33,107 bases of DNA, taken from positions 1 to 33,107 of the IMG/VR virus record IMGVR_UViG_3300032260_000013; one strand, given 5' to 3'. Below are positions 8,003-16,040 of the stretch, piece after piece. Under the pieces are notes generated by a model. It searched no databases. It saw nothing but the letters and a program-made list of their open reading frames with translations, and had not been told where the DNA came from. The DNA comes from a virus. Its lineage: Duplodnaviria > Caudoviricetes. The position numbers were made by a program, and so were the translations under genes. The first letter of the stretch is position 1, and each line of letters opens with the position of its first letter.

Positions 8003-9871
8003 TTACGATCTACCGCCGTTGTCGGATACGGCGCCTCCGCTCAGCGCCCCGGCTAGTCCGGCCAGCGGGCCAACCGCGTTACGCTGCTGCGACTCGGCGG
8101 CTGGATCTGGCGGCGGCGCATTCACACCTACCGGCAACCCGCCTCCCTCAACGAGTGGTTGGTCCACCGTTAACCCTTGCGGGAAGAACCGTTCAATGTC
8201 CTTGATATCGAACGTCTCCAAAACCCAACCGATGAGCGCAGCGACATCCACCTGCTGACCGGCCTGCGAAAGTAGTTGCAGTTGCTGCAACACAATCTGC
8301 ATAACCTGCATGCGCTGTTGTCGATCCACAGATCGGTCTACGCGATCCGCCGAAACCGTCGCGAGGTCCAAGTCAAACTCACCGCGAATTGCGTCCGGCG
8401 TTAGAGAAGAAAAGTGCTCCGCTGTTACGCGGGCGGCGTCAACACCGAGAGGAAGAACAAGCTTGTTCGTCTTCATGTTGGCCTGGGTGTGCTGAAGAAC
8501 CTGCCTCGCCACCCGCTGGAAAAACAAGTCGATCTTCTCGACCTTATCTTCCAACTTCAGACCAAAGAACTGTGCTCTGGCATTGACCTCGGTGGCCGAC
8601 GTCCGACTCTTCAACGATCCGCCCTGCGTGAGCGCGTCGGCGCCCGTCATGGTACGAATGTCCTCCATGATGGTGCGCTGAAGAGCCTCGGATTTGAACA
8701 GCTCCGTCGGCATCGACACGGCTTGGAGCGGCGAATCACCTGGCGCGCCGTCATGAAGTAGAATCTCCAACGCAGAACCACTCGTAGCCTTGGATAACTC
8801 GGTGGCACTGATGTGATTCTTTGCTGCCGTAATTAGAACGCCCGTACGGCGATGATCCGCAAACTCCTTCGTTCTAATCCGGTTCAACTCCATCTGCTGG
8901 TCTTCGATAAACCGCACCATACCCAGCGGGTAATGCTCGTCCTGCAAATCGATGAATGGCACGGTAACGTACGGAAAGCCGTCCAGGTACGGATACGGCC
9001 AATCCTCTTCGATAACCGGTTCCGTGACACCGTCGAGAAATACCAGGCGTTTTGAAAAACGCTTGTCCCAAACTTCCCAGATTACTGCAAGCTCTTGTGA
9101 ACGCTGTTCATCCGCCGTAAGCGAAGACACAGCGTTTGGTGTGGCATGATCTGAAAGGAAGCTCAGGTGCGTTGTCAGGGAAAGCTCACCGTTCTTGATT
9201 CGCTTGATTACCGACTTTTTGTACCTCTTATCTTCGAGTACATCCTGCACCGGACGAAACAAGATTTCAGCACACCACCGTGCAGACTCCAAATCGTGCT
9301 CGGGCGCATCCGGGTCAAAGACGAAGTGAAGCGGGTTGATGCGCCGAATCCACGGCTCCTCTTCTCTGATGGCGTCGTTGTAGTTGATCCGAACACCAGG
9401 TCGAAGGGCGCCCTCTTCCAGCTCAAACCGATAGCCGGTCTTCACGATACCGTGTCCTATGATCACGGAATCTTTCACCGCGCGCCGCATCTGCCTCGTC
9501 ATGTTCTTTTCGCGCCACAGGTAGTTCAGCAAATTCCGCTGGTTGACGGCGGCCTCCACTGACTCGGGGCGGCGCGGACGGATCGTAAACTCCGGGTGAC
9601 GACGAATCAAAAACGGGAGAAAGTCCTCCACGGTAGAACCAGTTACGTTCACCGTGATCAAGTCTCGAGGAGTGTCGGAGAAAAGATCCTCCTCCATCTC
9701 CTGTCCTTCGCTCCAGTGATCACCTCGCACCAGCCGCAGCGCGCGCTTCCACGCGTCGTCACCGTTCCAGTGGCTCTGCCTCCAGGCAAGGGACTTTGCC
9801 AGCCTGTCGTGCCACATTTCGTATGCGCGATCGCCGCTGGCGCGTTCGGTTTCAAACATTTCAGCTGCCAT
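8003..9871 (-). CDS. Portal protein (P22/podovirus-like)
   Basis: 622 aa. Motifs DSVIIGHGIVKTG, RINPLHFVFDPDA, FPYVTVP, DQQMELNR and RTSATEV are portal-typical. Located between terminase and scaffold. Confidence 0.9.
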   Translation of the reverse strand: MAAEMFETERASGDRAYEMWHDRLAKSLAWRQSHWNGDDAWKRALRLVRGDHWSEGQEMEEDLFSDTPRDLITVNVTGSTVEDFLPFLIRRHPEFTIRPRRPESVEAAVNQRNLLNYLWREKNMTRQMRRAVKDSVIIGHGIVKTGYRFELEEGALRPGVRINYNDAIREEEPWIRRINPLHFVFDPDAPEHDLESARWCAEILFRPVQDVLEDKRYKKSVIKRIKNGELSLTTHLSFLSDHATPNAVSSLTADEQRSQELAVIWEVWDKRFSKRLVFLDGVTEPVIEEDWPYPYLDGFPYVTVPFIDLQDEHYPLGMVRFIEDQQMELNRIRTKEFADHRRTGVLITAAKNHISATELSKATSGSALEILLHDGAPGDSPLQAVSMPTELFKSEALQRTIMEDIRTMTGADALTQGGSLKSRTSATEVNARAQFFGLKLEDKVEKIDLFFQRVARQVLQHTQANMKTNKLVLPLGVDAARVTAEHFSSLTPDAIRGEFDLDLATVSADRVDRSVDRQQRMQVMQIVLQQLQLLSQAGQQVDVAALIGWVLETFDIKDIERFFPQGLTVDQPLVEGGGLPVGVNAPPPDPAAESQQRNAVGPLAGLAGALSGGAVSDNGGRS

Positions 9872-10661
9872 GACGTGCTCTCCGTTCCGTTCGCGTCCAC
9901 GTCAAATAGTGCGCAAACAAGTGATGACCGATTACCTGCAACCCTCGGGTGCTCAGGGCCAAGACAAGCTCGCGTAGCCGCGTGCGCAATGTATACGCCG
10001 TGCTCAGCTTGCCGCCCGTCCCCAAATACAGTAGGGGAAACGCGTGTCGATAACGCAAAAACAAAATCCCCGCCGGAACCAGGTGCGGAACAATGTCAAA
10101 CCCAGCAAAAATGCGAGTCGCGCGCCCGCCGTAGTAGACCTCCAAAAACGCGCTACCTGGCCCGGTTGTAAACCGAGGCGCAGCCCAGGTAGTTACATCA
10201 GATACGTGCTCTCCGTGGCTGCGCACCGCGAGCAACGCCGAGAGACATCCAGCCAACGCGCCGCCGAGAGAATGCCCCCCAATGAGAATCGGACCTTGCG
10301 TCCGCGAAAGAAACGGCAGAACTACGTGGTCGAGTATGTCGACCGCCGACGTCATGAATCCCTCGTGCCACTTTCCTGGAAGACCAACATGCTCAACCGG
10401 GCGAACTCGAAGATTGGTTCTCCAGTCCGCCAGCTCATTCGTACCAGGAAAAACGACGGCACGGCGACCAAGAGAAGAAACACCGAGCAGTACCTGTGTT
10501 TTGTTGTGCTCTTCGTGCTTCAGATCCCAGGTCTCCGGCCGAATTTCATCACCCTCATAGTACAGGTCGAGGTGCCGATCACCTTGATCTGGGTAGTAGG
10601 CAAGCTGGATCAGCTCAGCCATCAGTGCAATGTTATGACTTATACTGTGCATACCGATCAC
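9861..10661 (-). CDS. Lipase class 3 (alpha/beta hydrolase)
   Basis: Contains VVFPGT (oxyanion/lid), WHEGF, nucleophile elbow GHSLGG, TWAAPR, catalytic Asp in DIVPHL and a C-terminal His (GHHLFAHY). The start may instead be the ATG at 10652. Confidence 0.85.
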   Translation of the reverse strand: MIGMHSISHNIALMAELIQLAYYPDQGDRHLDLYYEGDEIRPETWDLKHEEHNKTQVLLGVSSLGRRAVVFPGTNELADWRTNLRVRPVEHVGLPGKWHEGFMTSAVDILDHVVLPFLSRTQGPILIGGHSLGGALAGCLSALLAVRSHGEHVSDVTTWAAPRFTTGPGSAFLEVYYGGRATRIFAGFDIVPHLVPAGILFLRYRHAFPLLYLGTGGKLSTAYTLRTRLRELVLALSTRGLQVIGHHLFAHYLTWTRTERRARHGS

Positions 10662-12571
10662 CAGCCTCCTACGTCCCCGAAGTTTCTACCTCGACCAATA
10701 ATATCACCACTTTTTATAGCGTCATAATTATCGATCGCGTTCTCCCACCACGCAAACGACCCCTTCGGGACGGCTCCGAGCGAACTAGTCGCTTCTTGTT
10801 TTCCTAGGCTCGGAACAGCGCCCATCTGAATAATCATCTGCCACGCAATTGCGAGCGAGGTAACAAGGTCGTCTTTCCCGCTAGCTGCGCCGGTCTTTCC
10901 CGTGTCGTCGAGCTGAACAAACGTGGACAGCTCGTCAATTGTCGGTACGTCCTGAATCACGAGTAGGTCGTCCCGTAAGACTCCGTTCAACTCGTTGATC
11001 ATAAGAGGCTTTGTTGCTCGGTTCGTGCTCCAGCCGTACTTTAGTTCTGACCTGCTCGAAGCCTTGTCAAACACCTGCCTACGATACATCTTCGGATAGT
11101 ACAACCTCTTCGACAATTGAAGTTGTGTAGTTAACCCTGAACCGGTCACCTCAATGGCAATCCACGCTGTGTTGTAGATCTTGCCGAGAGCGGCCAGGTA
11201 GTCTCCAAAATCATCTGGATCAATGTGCAACTGAGCGACGGCAACCTGCACCATGTCTGGAATCCGAATTACATGGGCGGCCGAATAGTCACTCGTTGAG
11301 TACCCCTCCGACACATCCGCGCCGATGGCGTAGCGGTATGAGTGTTGGGGTGGTGCGTAGACGCGCAAATCGCCTGCGCCGATCGCGGCGGCAAAGGCGC
11401 GCATCCGGGCCAGATTCTCGTCAACCTGAAACATTCGCGTTCTAGATGGGCTGTGTTCAAAGTTTTGTGCGCGCTTGTTGTATGCGTATGCTGTGATAGG
11501 CGGCCGATTAACCTCGAGCGCCGTCTTTCTATCCGTGAGTTTGCTTACTGGGAAAACGCTTGTTCCAGATGTTACGAAAGCCTCTTGTGCGGTAACGGGA
11601 TGCTCCTGCCGGAAGACGCCCTTATCGCCATCGAATTCTTGGTCGATCTGCTCGCGACGCCACCGTAGGCGCTTTAGTGATTCTCGACTGAGCCATTCAG
11701 GAGTAGCCATCTCTGGGTACCAAAACTCCAACTCCTTGAGGACGCTTGTCCTTACCTGCTCCTCGTCACCATAGCGGCCCTCCGGGCGCTGCTCTAACTC
11801 GTCCACTGCCAACGGCTCTGGGCTGGTGTACTCGTCGTCTGCGACCCACGACAAAAATACTTTGCGTATTCCGTTGTGGTCGTCATCCCAGACGTCCTTA
11901 CCCATGTTGAATCCCTTGGCCGTTGTTTCGTAGATGACAAACGTACCGGGCTTGCGTGGCACAGCTTGACGAAACGTCTTCATTGTTTCGGCGATGTTCG
12001 AGTTCACCTCTGGATACCGAGCAAACTCGGAGAGGTGGGCGAACTGTAGCGTGCCTGAAACTCCGAAGTTACGATTGTCCGCCGTGGCAATGAGCACGCG
12101 ACTCTGCAACCCAGGATTGTCACTACCGTCTTGCGGATACGACGCATTCGCCCACCACATCTCGCGGCGGTTTGAGATACGTCGCATTGGCCGGACGGCC
12201 TCGGGGGCCTCCTGCCACATCAACTGCATCATCGAGAAGATTCTCGACGCGGCGTCGGTGTCGTGAGCCACGATCAGACCGTCGCGGTGGGTGTTCAGCG
12301 TCAGGTACCAATACCCGAGTCCTTCCGTAAAAGTGCTCATGCCGAGCTGCCGCGCTTTCAGCAAGTAGAGTCTGACTGGTCGATTCGCGTCCATATCCTC
12401 CTTGATGAGATCCCAGACGCGAAGCTGTGCGCGGTTAAGCCGGAATGGTACCAGCCCACCTTCCTTGGTTCTGATCTTGAGAACCTCCGCTGCGTACGCG
12501 GGGAAGTCGTTCTTCCACCGCATGAGCTGAATGGCAGCTTCATCCGCCGGTGTTCTCTTCTTGTTGCTCAC
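10658..12571 (-). CDS. terL: Terminase large subunit
   Basis: 637 aa. Motifs: FRLNRAQ (Q motif), LKARQLGMST (Walker A), AHLSEFA (Walker B), ETTAKG (coupling), and the RNase H-like nuclease residues IGADVSEG...SDYS and DDLV. Confidence 0.95.
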   Translation of the reverse strand: MSNKKRTPADEAAIQLMRWKNDFPAYAAEVLKIRTKEGGLVPFRLNRAQLRVWDLIKEDMDANRPVRLYLLKARQLGMSTFTEGLGYWYLTLNTHRDGLIVAHDTDAASRIFSMMQLMWQEAPEAVRPMRRISNRREMWWANASYPQDGSDNPGLQSRVLIATADNRNFGVSGTLQFAHLSEFARYPEVNSNIAETMKTFRQAVPRKPGTFVIYETTAKGFNMGKDVWDDDHNGIRKVFLSWVADDEYTSPEPLAVDELEQRPEGRYGDEEQVRTSVLKELEFWYPEMATPEWLSRESLKRLRWRREQIDQEFDGDKGVFRQEHPVTAQEAFVTSGTSVFPVSKLTDRKTALEVNRPPITAYAYNKRAQNFEHSPSRTRMFQVDENLARMRAFAAAIGAGDLRVYAPPQHSYRYAIGADVSEGYSTSDYSAAHVIRIPDMVQVAVAQLHIDPDDFGDYLAALGKIYNTAWIAIEVTGSGLTTQLQLSKRLYYPKMYRRQVFDKASSRSELKYGWSTNRATKPLMINELNGVLRDDLLVIQDVPTIDELSTFVQLDDTGKTGAASGKDDLVTSLAIAWQMIIQMGAVPSLGKQEATSSLGAVPKGSFAWWENAIDNYDAIKSGDIIGRGRNFGDVGGW

Positions 12572-13047
12572 GTCGTCACCTCATACGCGGCATCTAGAAC
12601 GTTCTGATCTTGCGCGCCCTCGACCTGCCGAATGACCGACTCAAATCCGCCGACGGGCATTTGCCCGATGACGTTGAGCGTGTTGTTCGTCACGGTCGTG
12701 GCGACGCCTCGCTGCTCTTCCTTGTCCACCGCGGGCGCCGAAATGTCGCGTAGAAATTTTGCTGCTGTGGCCGCGGAGCGGGCGTCGGCGGTGGCGGCGA
12801 TCGTAATCATCCGGTCGGCGATCGGCCCCAGGACCATCAGGTGAAGCAAATTTTTGCGTGCCTCGACAGCTTGCTTGAAAACCTCGGGGTGGCCCAAAAG
12901 CTCCACGAGGTCATCGGAGTCGATGTCTAGGCGCGCGGAGATATCGTCTACGGACTCTCCGGCAAGGTATGAGCGCGTTATCAAAAAGAGCTGGCTTTGG
13001 TCCAGCTCGAAGTCGCCGACCTGGATCAGCTCGTGTTCATCGTTCAT
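12568..13047 (-). CDS. Probable terminase small subunit
   Basis: Start reassigned to MNDEHEL (159 aa). N-terminal HTH-like segment (GESVDDISARLDID), helical core; the stop overlaps the terL start (GTGA). Confidence 0.6.
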   Translation of the reverse strand: MNDEHELIQVGDFELDQSQLFLITRSYLAGESVDDISARLDIDSDDLVELLGHPEVFKQAVEARKNLLHLMVLGPIADRMITIAATADARSAATAAKFLRDISAPAVDKEEQRGVATTVTNNTLNVIGQMPVGGFESVIRQVEGAQDQNVLDAAYEVTT

Positions 13048-13162
13048 GTTCGAGCCCCCCGTGTCGGCGCGTCGCCGCGCCCGCGAAAGTCGGACCCGCG
13101 CTGGCGCGGCGTCGGTTGTAGTTGGCTTCGAGTGACCCGGCGTCACTGAGTCACTCACTATA

Positions 13163-13193
13163 TATAAAACACCGCCGATCGACGTTTGTCCGG
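13163..13193 (-). promoter_or_regulatory. Candidate phage-sigma (late) promoter CCGGACAA-N7-TCGGCGGTGTTTTATA
   Basis: The same two blocks with the same spacing recur at 25020..25050 upstream of the SSB gene. This copy lies about 115 bp upstream of terS, in the sense orientation. Confidence 0.65.
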
Positions 13194-13367
13194 AGAAAGA
13201 TGAAGTCCCCGCTCGCCGTCCGCGGAGCCTCCTCGAGGTGGCCGGAGATGTGATTTTCCTTCCGGAGAAAGAAGAACTCGAGATCCCCGCTCGCCAAATT
13301 TTCTGGCGGGTACTGTATACCAATTTCTTCTTTTTCTTTTTCTTCTTTTCTTCTTTGCAACGAAGAA

Positions 13368-13439
13368 TAGAAAAGAAGAAAGAAGAGATAGTAGAAAAGA
13401 AGAAAGAAGAGATAGTAGAAAAGAAGAAAGAAGAAGTAG
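13368..13439. repeat. Three tandem copies of a 24-bp purine-rich unit TAGAAAAGAAGAAAGAAGAGATAG
   Basis: Copies at 13368-13391 and 13392-13415 are identical; 13416-13439 has a variant end. Preceded by a complementary polypyrimidine tract at about 13325-13356. Confidence 0.9.
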
Positions 13440-13910
13440 TATGCATATTACCCTAGAGCGCTTTATATAGAGCCCTTTATATAGAGCCACCGACCAAAAT
13501 AATCAATACAACCTGTAGGGGTGGTGGTCTCCATACAGGGGAATATGTGGTGGTAGGCTGGCTTTTTGGGAAAATTTTTCTTGTCGGGTGGGACTCAATC
13601 TCCCTTACGTCAGGGGCCGGTGGGCAAGGTAGGGGCCAGTACGATTATATTTTGAATTATATTGCTCCGGAGACACATTATTCTACGCGTAGGCGTGGGA
13701 TTATACAGCCCGTCGACTGATTTTCGCTGATATTGCGCGTTAATCTGCACGAATTGGCTGGAATTTTCCACAGGTGGGACGGATTTACAGGCGAAAATCT
13801 AATCCAGCCCTCAAAATCCTCCCATAATCCAGCAAATAAGCCCGTAGGTGGGTAATCCCCTGTATTCCCCTCTATCGATCTCTATAGCTGTATGGCCGAT
13901 TTAGTGAATC

Positions 13911-13971
13911 CGAGGATATTATGATGTCGAGGACGACGTCAATATCGAGGACGACGTCGACGCCGAAGACG
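13911..13971. repeat. Degenerate ~18-bp tandem repeat (CGAGGACGACGTC core)
   Basis: CGA(G/A)GA starts at 13911, 13928, 13946 and 13964. The two middle units share TCGAGGACGACGTC. Confidence 0.6.
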
Positions 13972-14218
13972 GTGCTCTAATACGATTCCACGAATGAGGA
14001 CATTCATCGTCTGCATAACTTCTTTGTTTTCAACTACTTAGATATGACTGTCCTCGTTTGATGACAAGACTGTCCTCTTCCGGAGACAATATGTGGTCTT
14101 GAATAAGAGCATTCATCTCTTCATTTCCTCTCTTCTCTTTTTTCTTTTCTTCTTTAAGTCCTTTGTTTTCATCACTTAGAAGAAAGTCAGCACAAACTTA
14201 CCCGCTCGCCTTGAATCC

Positions 14219-14234
14219 TGGCACGCCGTATGCA
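14219..14234 (+). promoter_or_regulatory. Sigma54 (RpoN)-type -24/-12 promoter candidate for the early arm
   Basis: TGGCAC-GCCGT-ATGCA versus consensus TGGCAC-N5-TTGCW, with the invariant GG and GC correctly spaced. An overlapping weak sigma70-like TTGAAT is at 14211. Confidence 0.55.
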
Positions 14235-14244
14235 ATACTATTAT

Positions 14245-14550
14245 CCCGTAAGCAAGAAACGACAACGCGACGGCTTACACGAGATCATTGAAAACTAGCC
14301 AAGCGAGCCCGGACCGACGGGGAATCAAATCCCTGTATCGTACGCGGCAACCTGAAAGCGAGACCGAAATAGCCCACAGGCTACTCGGCGACGCGGTAAG
14401 CGTGTCCAGGAAAGCACTCGAGATCGTTTGGCGACAGAATATGCGGATTGTGGAGATCGCGAAAGCGTGCGGGATGAGCAATCGTCCGCCCCACAATCCG
14501 CCTCGAATTCTGCTTAGAATCAAGCGGACGTTATCGTCCTCTTAGTTGTA
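14245..14550 (+). ncRNA. Candidate large structured non-coding RNA (unassigned)
   Basis: Nested helices: AACTAG/TTAGTT, GCCAAGCGA/TCGTTTGGC, ACGGGGA/TCCCTGT, CCGA..TAGCC/GGCTA.TCGG, CAGAAT/ATTCTG, GCGGATTGTGG/CCACAATCCGC, GGACG/CGTCC. GAAA and GCAA tetraloops; G-U pairs favour the plus strand. Confidence 0.65.
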
Positions 14551-14575
14551 CGCAGAACAAACAACGGAGAACGTC

Positions 14576-14788
14576 ATGTGCAGACCTACCACGCCAGATA
14601 ATGGCGCGCCGTCTAAGACGCTCGCACGTCGTGGACGATGGAACAGTACTTCCCGAGCAAACTCGGCGGACGCTGACCAAGACAAGCAAGCCCCCAACAC
14701 GTCCTGGCGACGTTGGCTTGTTTACCAAGTCGATCGACTGAAGAAATTCAAACACGAAATGGATGAGTACTTCATTCGCAATTCATAA
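14576..14788 (+). CDS. Possible small early protein (or structured RNA continuation)
   Basis: Phage-typical A/C-rich leader with GGAG RBS before the ATG. The translation looks poorly protein-like and the region is dense in hairpins. Confidence 0.4.
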   Translation: MCRPTTPDNGAPSKTLARRGRWNSTSRANSADADQDKQAPNTSWRRWLVYQVDRLKKFKHEMDEYFIRNS

Positions 14789-14804
14789 CCGTAAGGGAAA
14801 CGCC

Positions 14805-15023
14805 ATGCACATTTGCCGCCTCACCACGACAATCAATCCACACAACGATTCGAGAATTACGGACGTCGACATGGATCCGGATGCGGCTTTCGAGTTGCTT
14901 ACTCGCTGGATCAACCAAGCAAACGACGTGCACATCTCGCCGGTCAAGCGACCTCGTTTTGACCGTGCTTCCTATGCGCGTTCCGTCGCACACAATCACA
15001 ACACAGAAGAAACGACAAAATGA
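14805..15023 (+). CDS. Hypothetical early protein
   Basis: ATG (MHICRL) with AAGGGA RBS; 72 aa. Confidence 0.6.
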   Translation: MHICRLTTTINPHNDSRITDVDMDPDAAFELLTRWINQANDVHISPVKRPRFDRASYARSVAHNHNTEETTK

Positions 15024-15232
15024 CTATAAGGAGGGCTCGACATATTCGGATGCGCCACCGAATCGCCCTATTTCGACAGTACGTGTTCGATATTGGCGCG
15101 GTACCGAACTATGAGCCCGCACCGCTGTGGAGAATCATCCTTGATTATTTTCGGTTGCTGCGCAGGCAACGCGCGACACTCGGCGAATGCGATCAAGGCT
15201 TCGCGGATGATCGACCATTACTCCGCCCATGA
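15020..15232 (+). CDS. Hypothetical Arg-rich early protein
   Basis: ATGA overlap with the previous stop; 70 aa. Confidence 0.5.
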   Translation: MTIRRARHIRMRHRIALFRQYVFDIGAVPNYEPAPLWRIILDYFRLLRRQRATLGECDQGFADDRPLLRP

Positions 15233-15271
15233 ACAGACGAGAGGATAATTCCATTCCTCGAGATTGATCCC

Positions 15272-15320
15272 GTGTATTGCGTAGGTCCATCTGATTTGTT
15301 AGATGGACCAAACGGAACAC
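15272..15320 (+). repeat. Intergenic hairpin family, copy 1
   Basis: GGTCCATCTGA-TTTG-TTAGATGGACC with outer GTGT/ACAC pairing. Confidence 0.7.
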
Positions 15321-15352
15321 ACCGGAACCATACAACGTAAGGAGTTAGCGAG

Positions 15353-15589
15353 ATGTCCGACATTCACAGCGAACACGTGGAATTCCTCGTGGAGATCGCG
15401 AGGTTAGATGCACTCGTCGAGCGCGTTACGGAAGAGCGCGACGAATACAAAAAACTTGCCCGAGAAAGTCACGACACGCTCGTCCGTCTACAGTCGCGGT
15501 GCGGTGTCCTCGCGAAGGATTACCTCGACAAATACCGCCAAATCACCACCGACAACGAAATCACTCACGATGAGGTCAACCCGTCATGA
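15353..15589 (+). CDS. Hypothetical coiled-coil early protein
   Basis: AAGGAG RBS; heptad-like LDALVERVTEERDEYKKLA. Confidence 0.7.
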   Translation: MSDIHSEHVEFLVEIARLDALVERVTEERDEYKKLARESHDTLVRLQSRCGVLAKDYLDKYRQITTDNEITHDEVNPS

Positions 15590-15768
15590 CACGAAAACAC
15601 TACCGCGATTTAGCCCGAGATATTCGGCGAATCAAGATGAAGGCTGCCACACCAGAGGCGCGAGCCTCAGTCGCGGGCTGTATCAACGCCGTGGTCATGG
15701 CGCTAAAACAGGATAACAAGCTCTTTAGCGAGAGCACGTTCCGACGTGCATGTGACTGGCCAGACTAG
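15586..15768 (+). CDS. Small phage protein, MTRKHY...DNxxF...F..AC family (paralog 1)
   Basis: ATGA overlap and GAGG RBS; motif shared with the next two genes. Confidence 0.75.
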   Translation: MTRKHYRDLARDIRRIKMKAATPEARASVAGCINAVVMALKQDNKLFSESTFRRACDWPD

Positions 15769-15787
15769 CCGAGAGGAAGATACCATC

Positions 15788-16033
15788 ATGACACGCAAAA
15801 ACTACGTGAGCCTCGCGATGTCCGTTCGCGTTATCACATCGGGAGCGCGAGAACTCGCCGACAAGCAAGCCAATAGTGAAAGCCTCAGCGCGGAAGACAA
15901 GGTCGACGCAATGCGCATGCATGGAAACGTCCTGGAGATGGTTGAGGTTATCATGGACGCACTCAGACAAGACAATCCTCGATTTTCTCGTGAGATGTTT
16001 TTGACGGCTTGCGACCTACCGACCGGAGAATAG
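15788..16033 (+). CDS. Small phage protein, same family (paralog 2)
   Basis: Start MTRKNYVSLA (RBS GAGGA); ends QDNPRFSREMFLTACD. Confidence 0.75.
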   Translation: MTRKNYVSLAMSVRVITSGARELADKQANSESLSAEDKVDAMRMHGNVLEMVEVIMDALRQDNPRFSREMFLTACDLPTGE

Positions 16034-16040
16034 GAAATCA

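Noticed and set aside
13368-13439. CRISPR array
   Set aside because: The repeats are head-to-tail with no unique spacers, and no cas genes are present.
13048-13490. ORF-track N-terminal extension of terS (SSFFFSTI repeats, poly-Lys) and overlapping ORFs 13151..13360, 13158..13490 and 13238..13456
   Set aside because: These are translations of the purine/pyrimidine repeats. They lack an RBS and overlap the candidate late promoter.
14288-14545. 85-aa ORF (and antisense 14275..14523)
   Set aside because: TTG start without an RBS and no recognisable motifs. The extensive nested base-pairing explains the region better.
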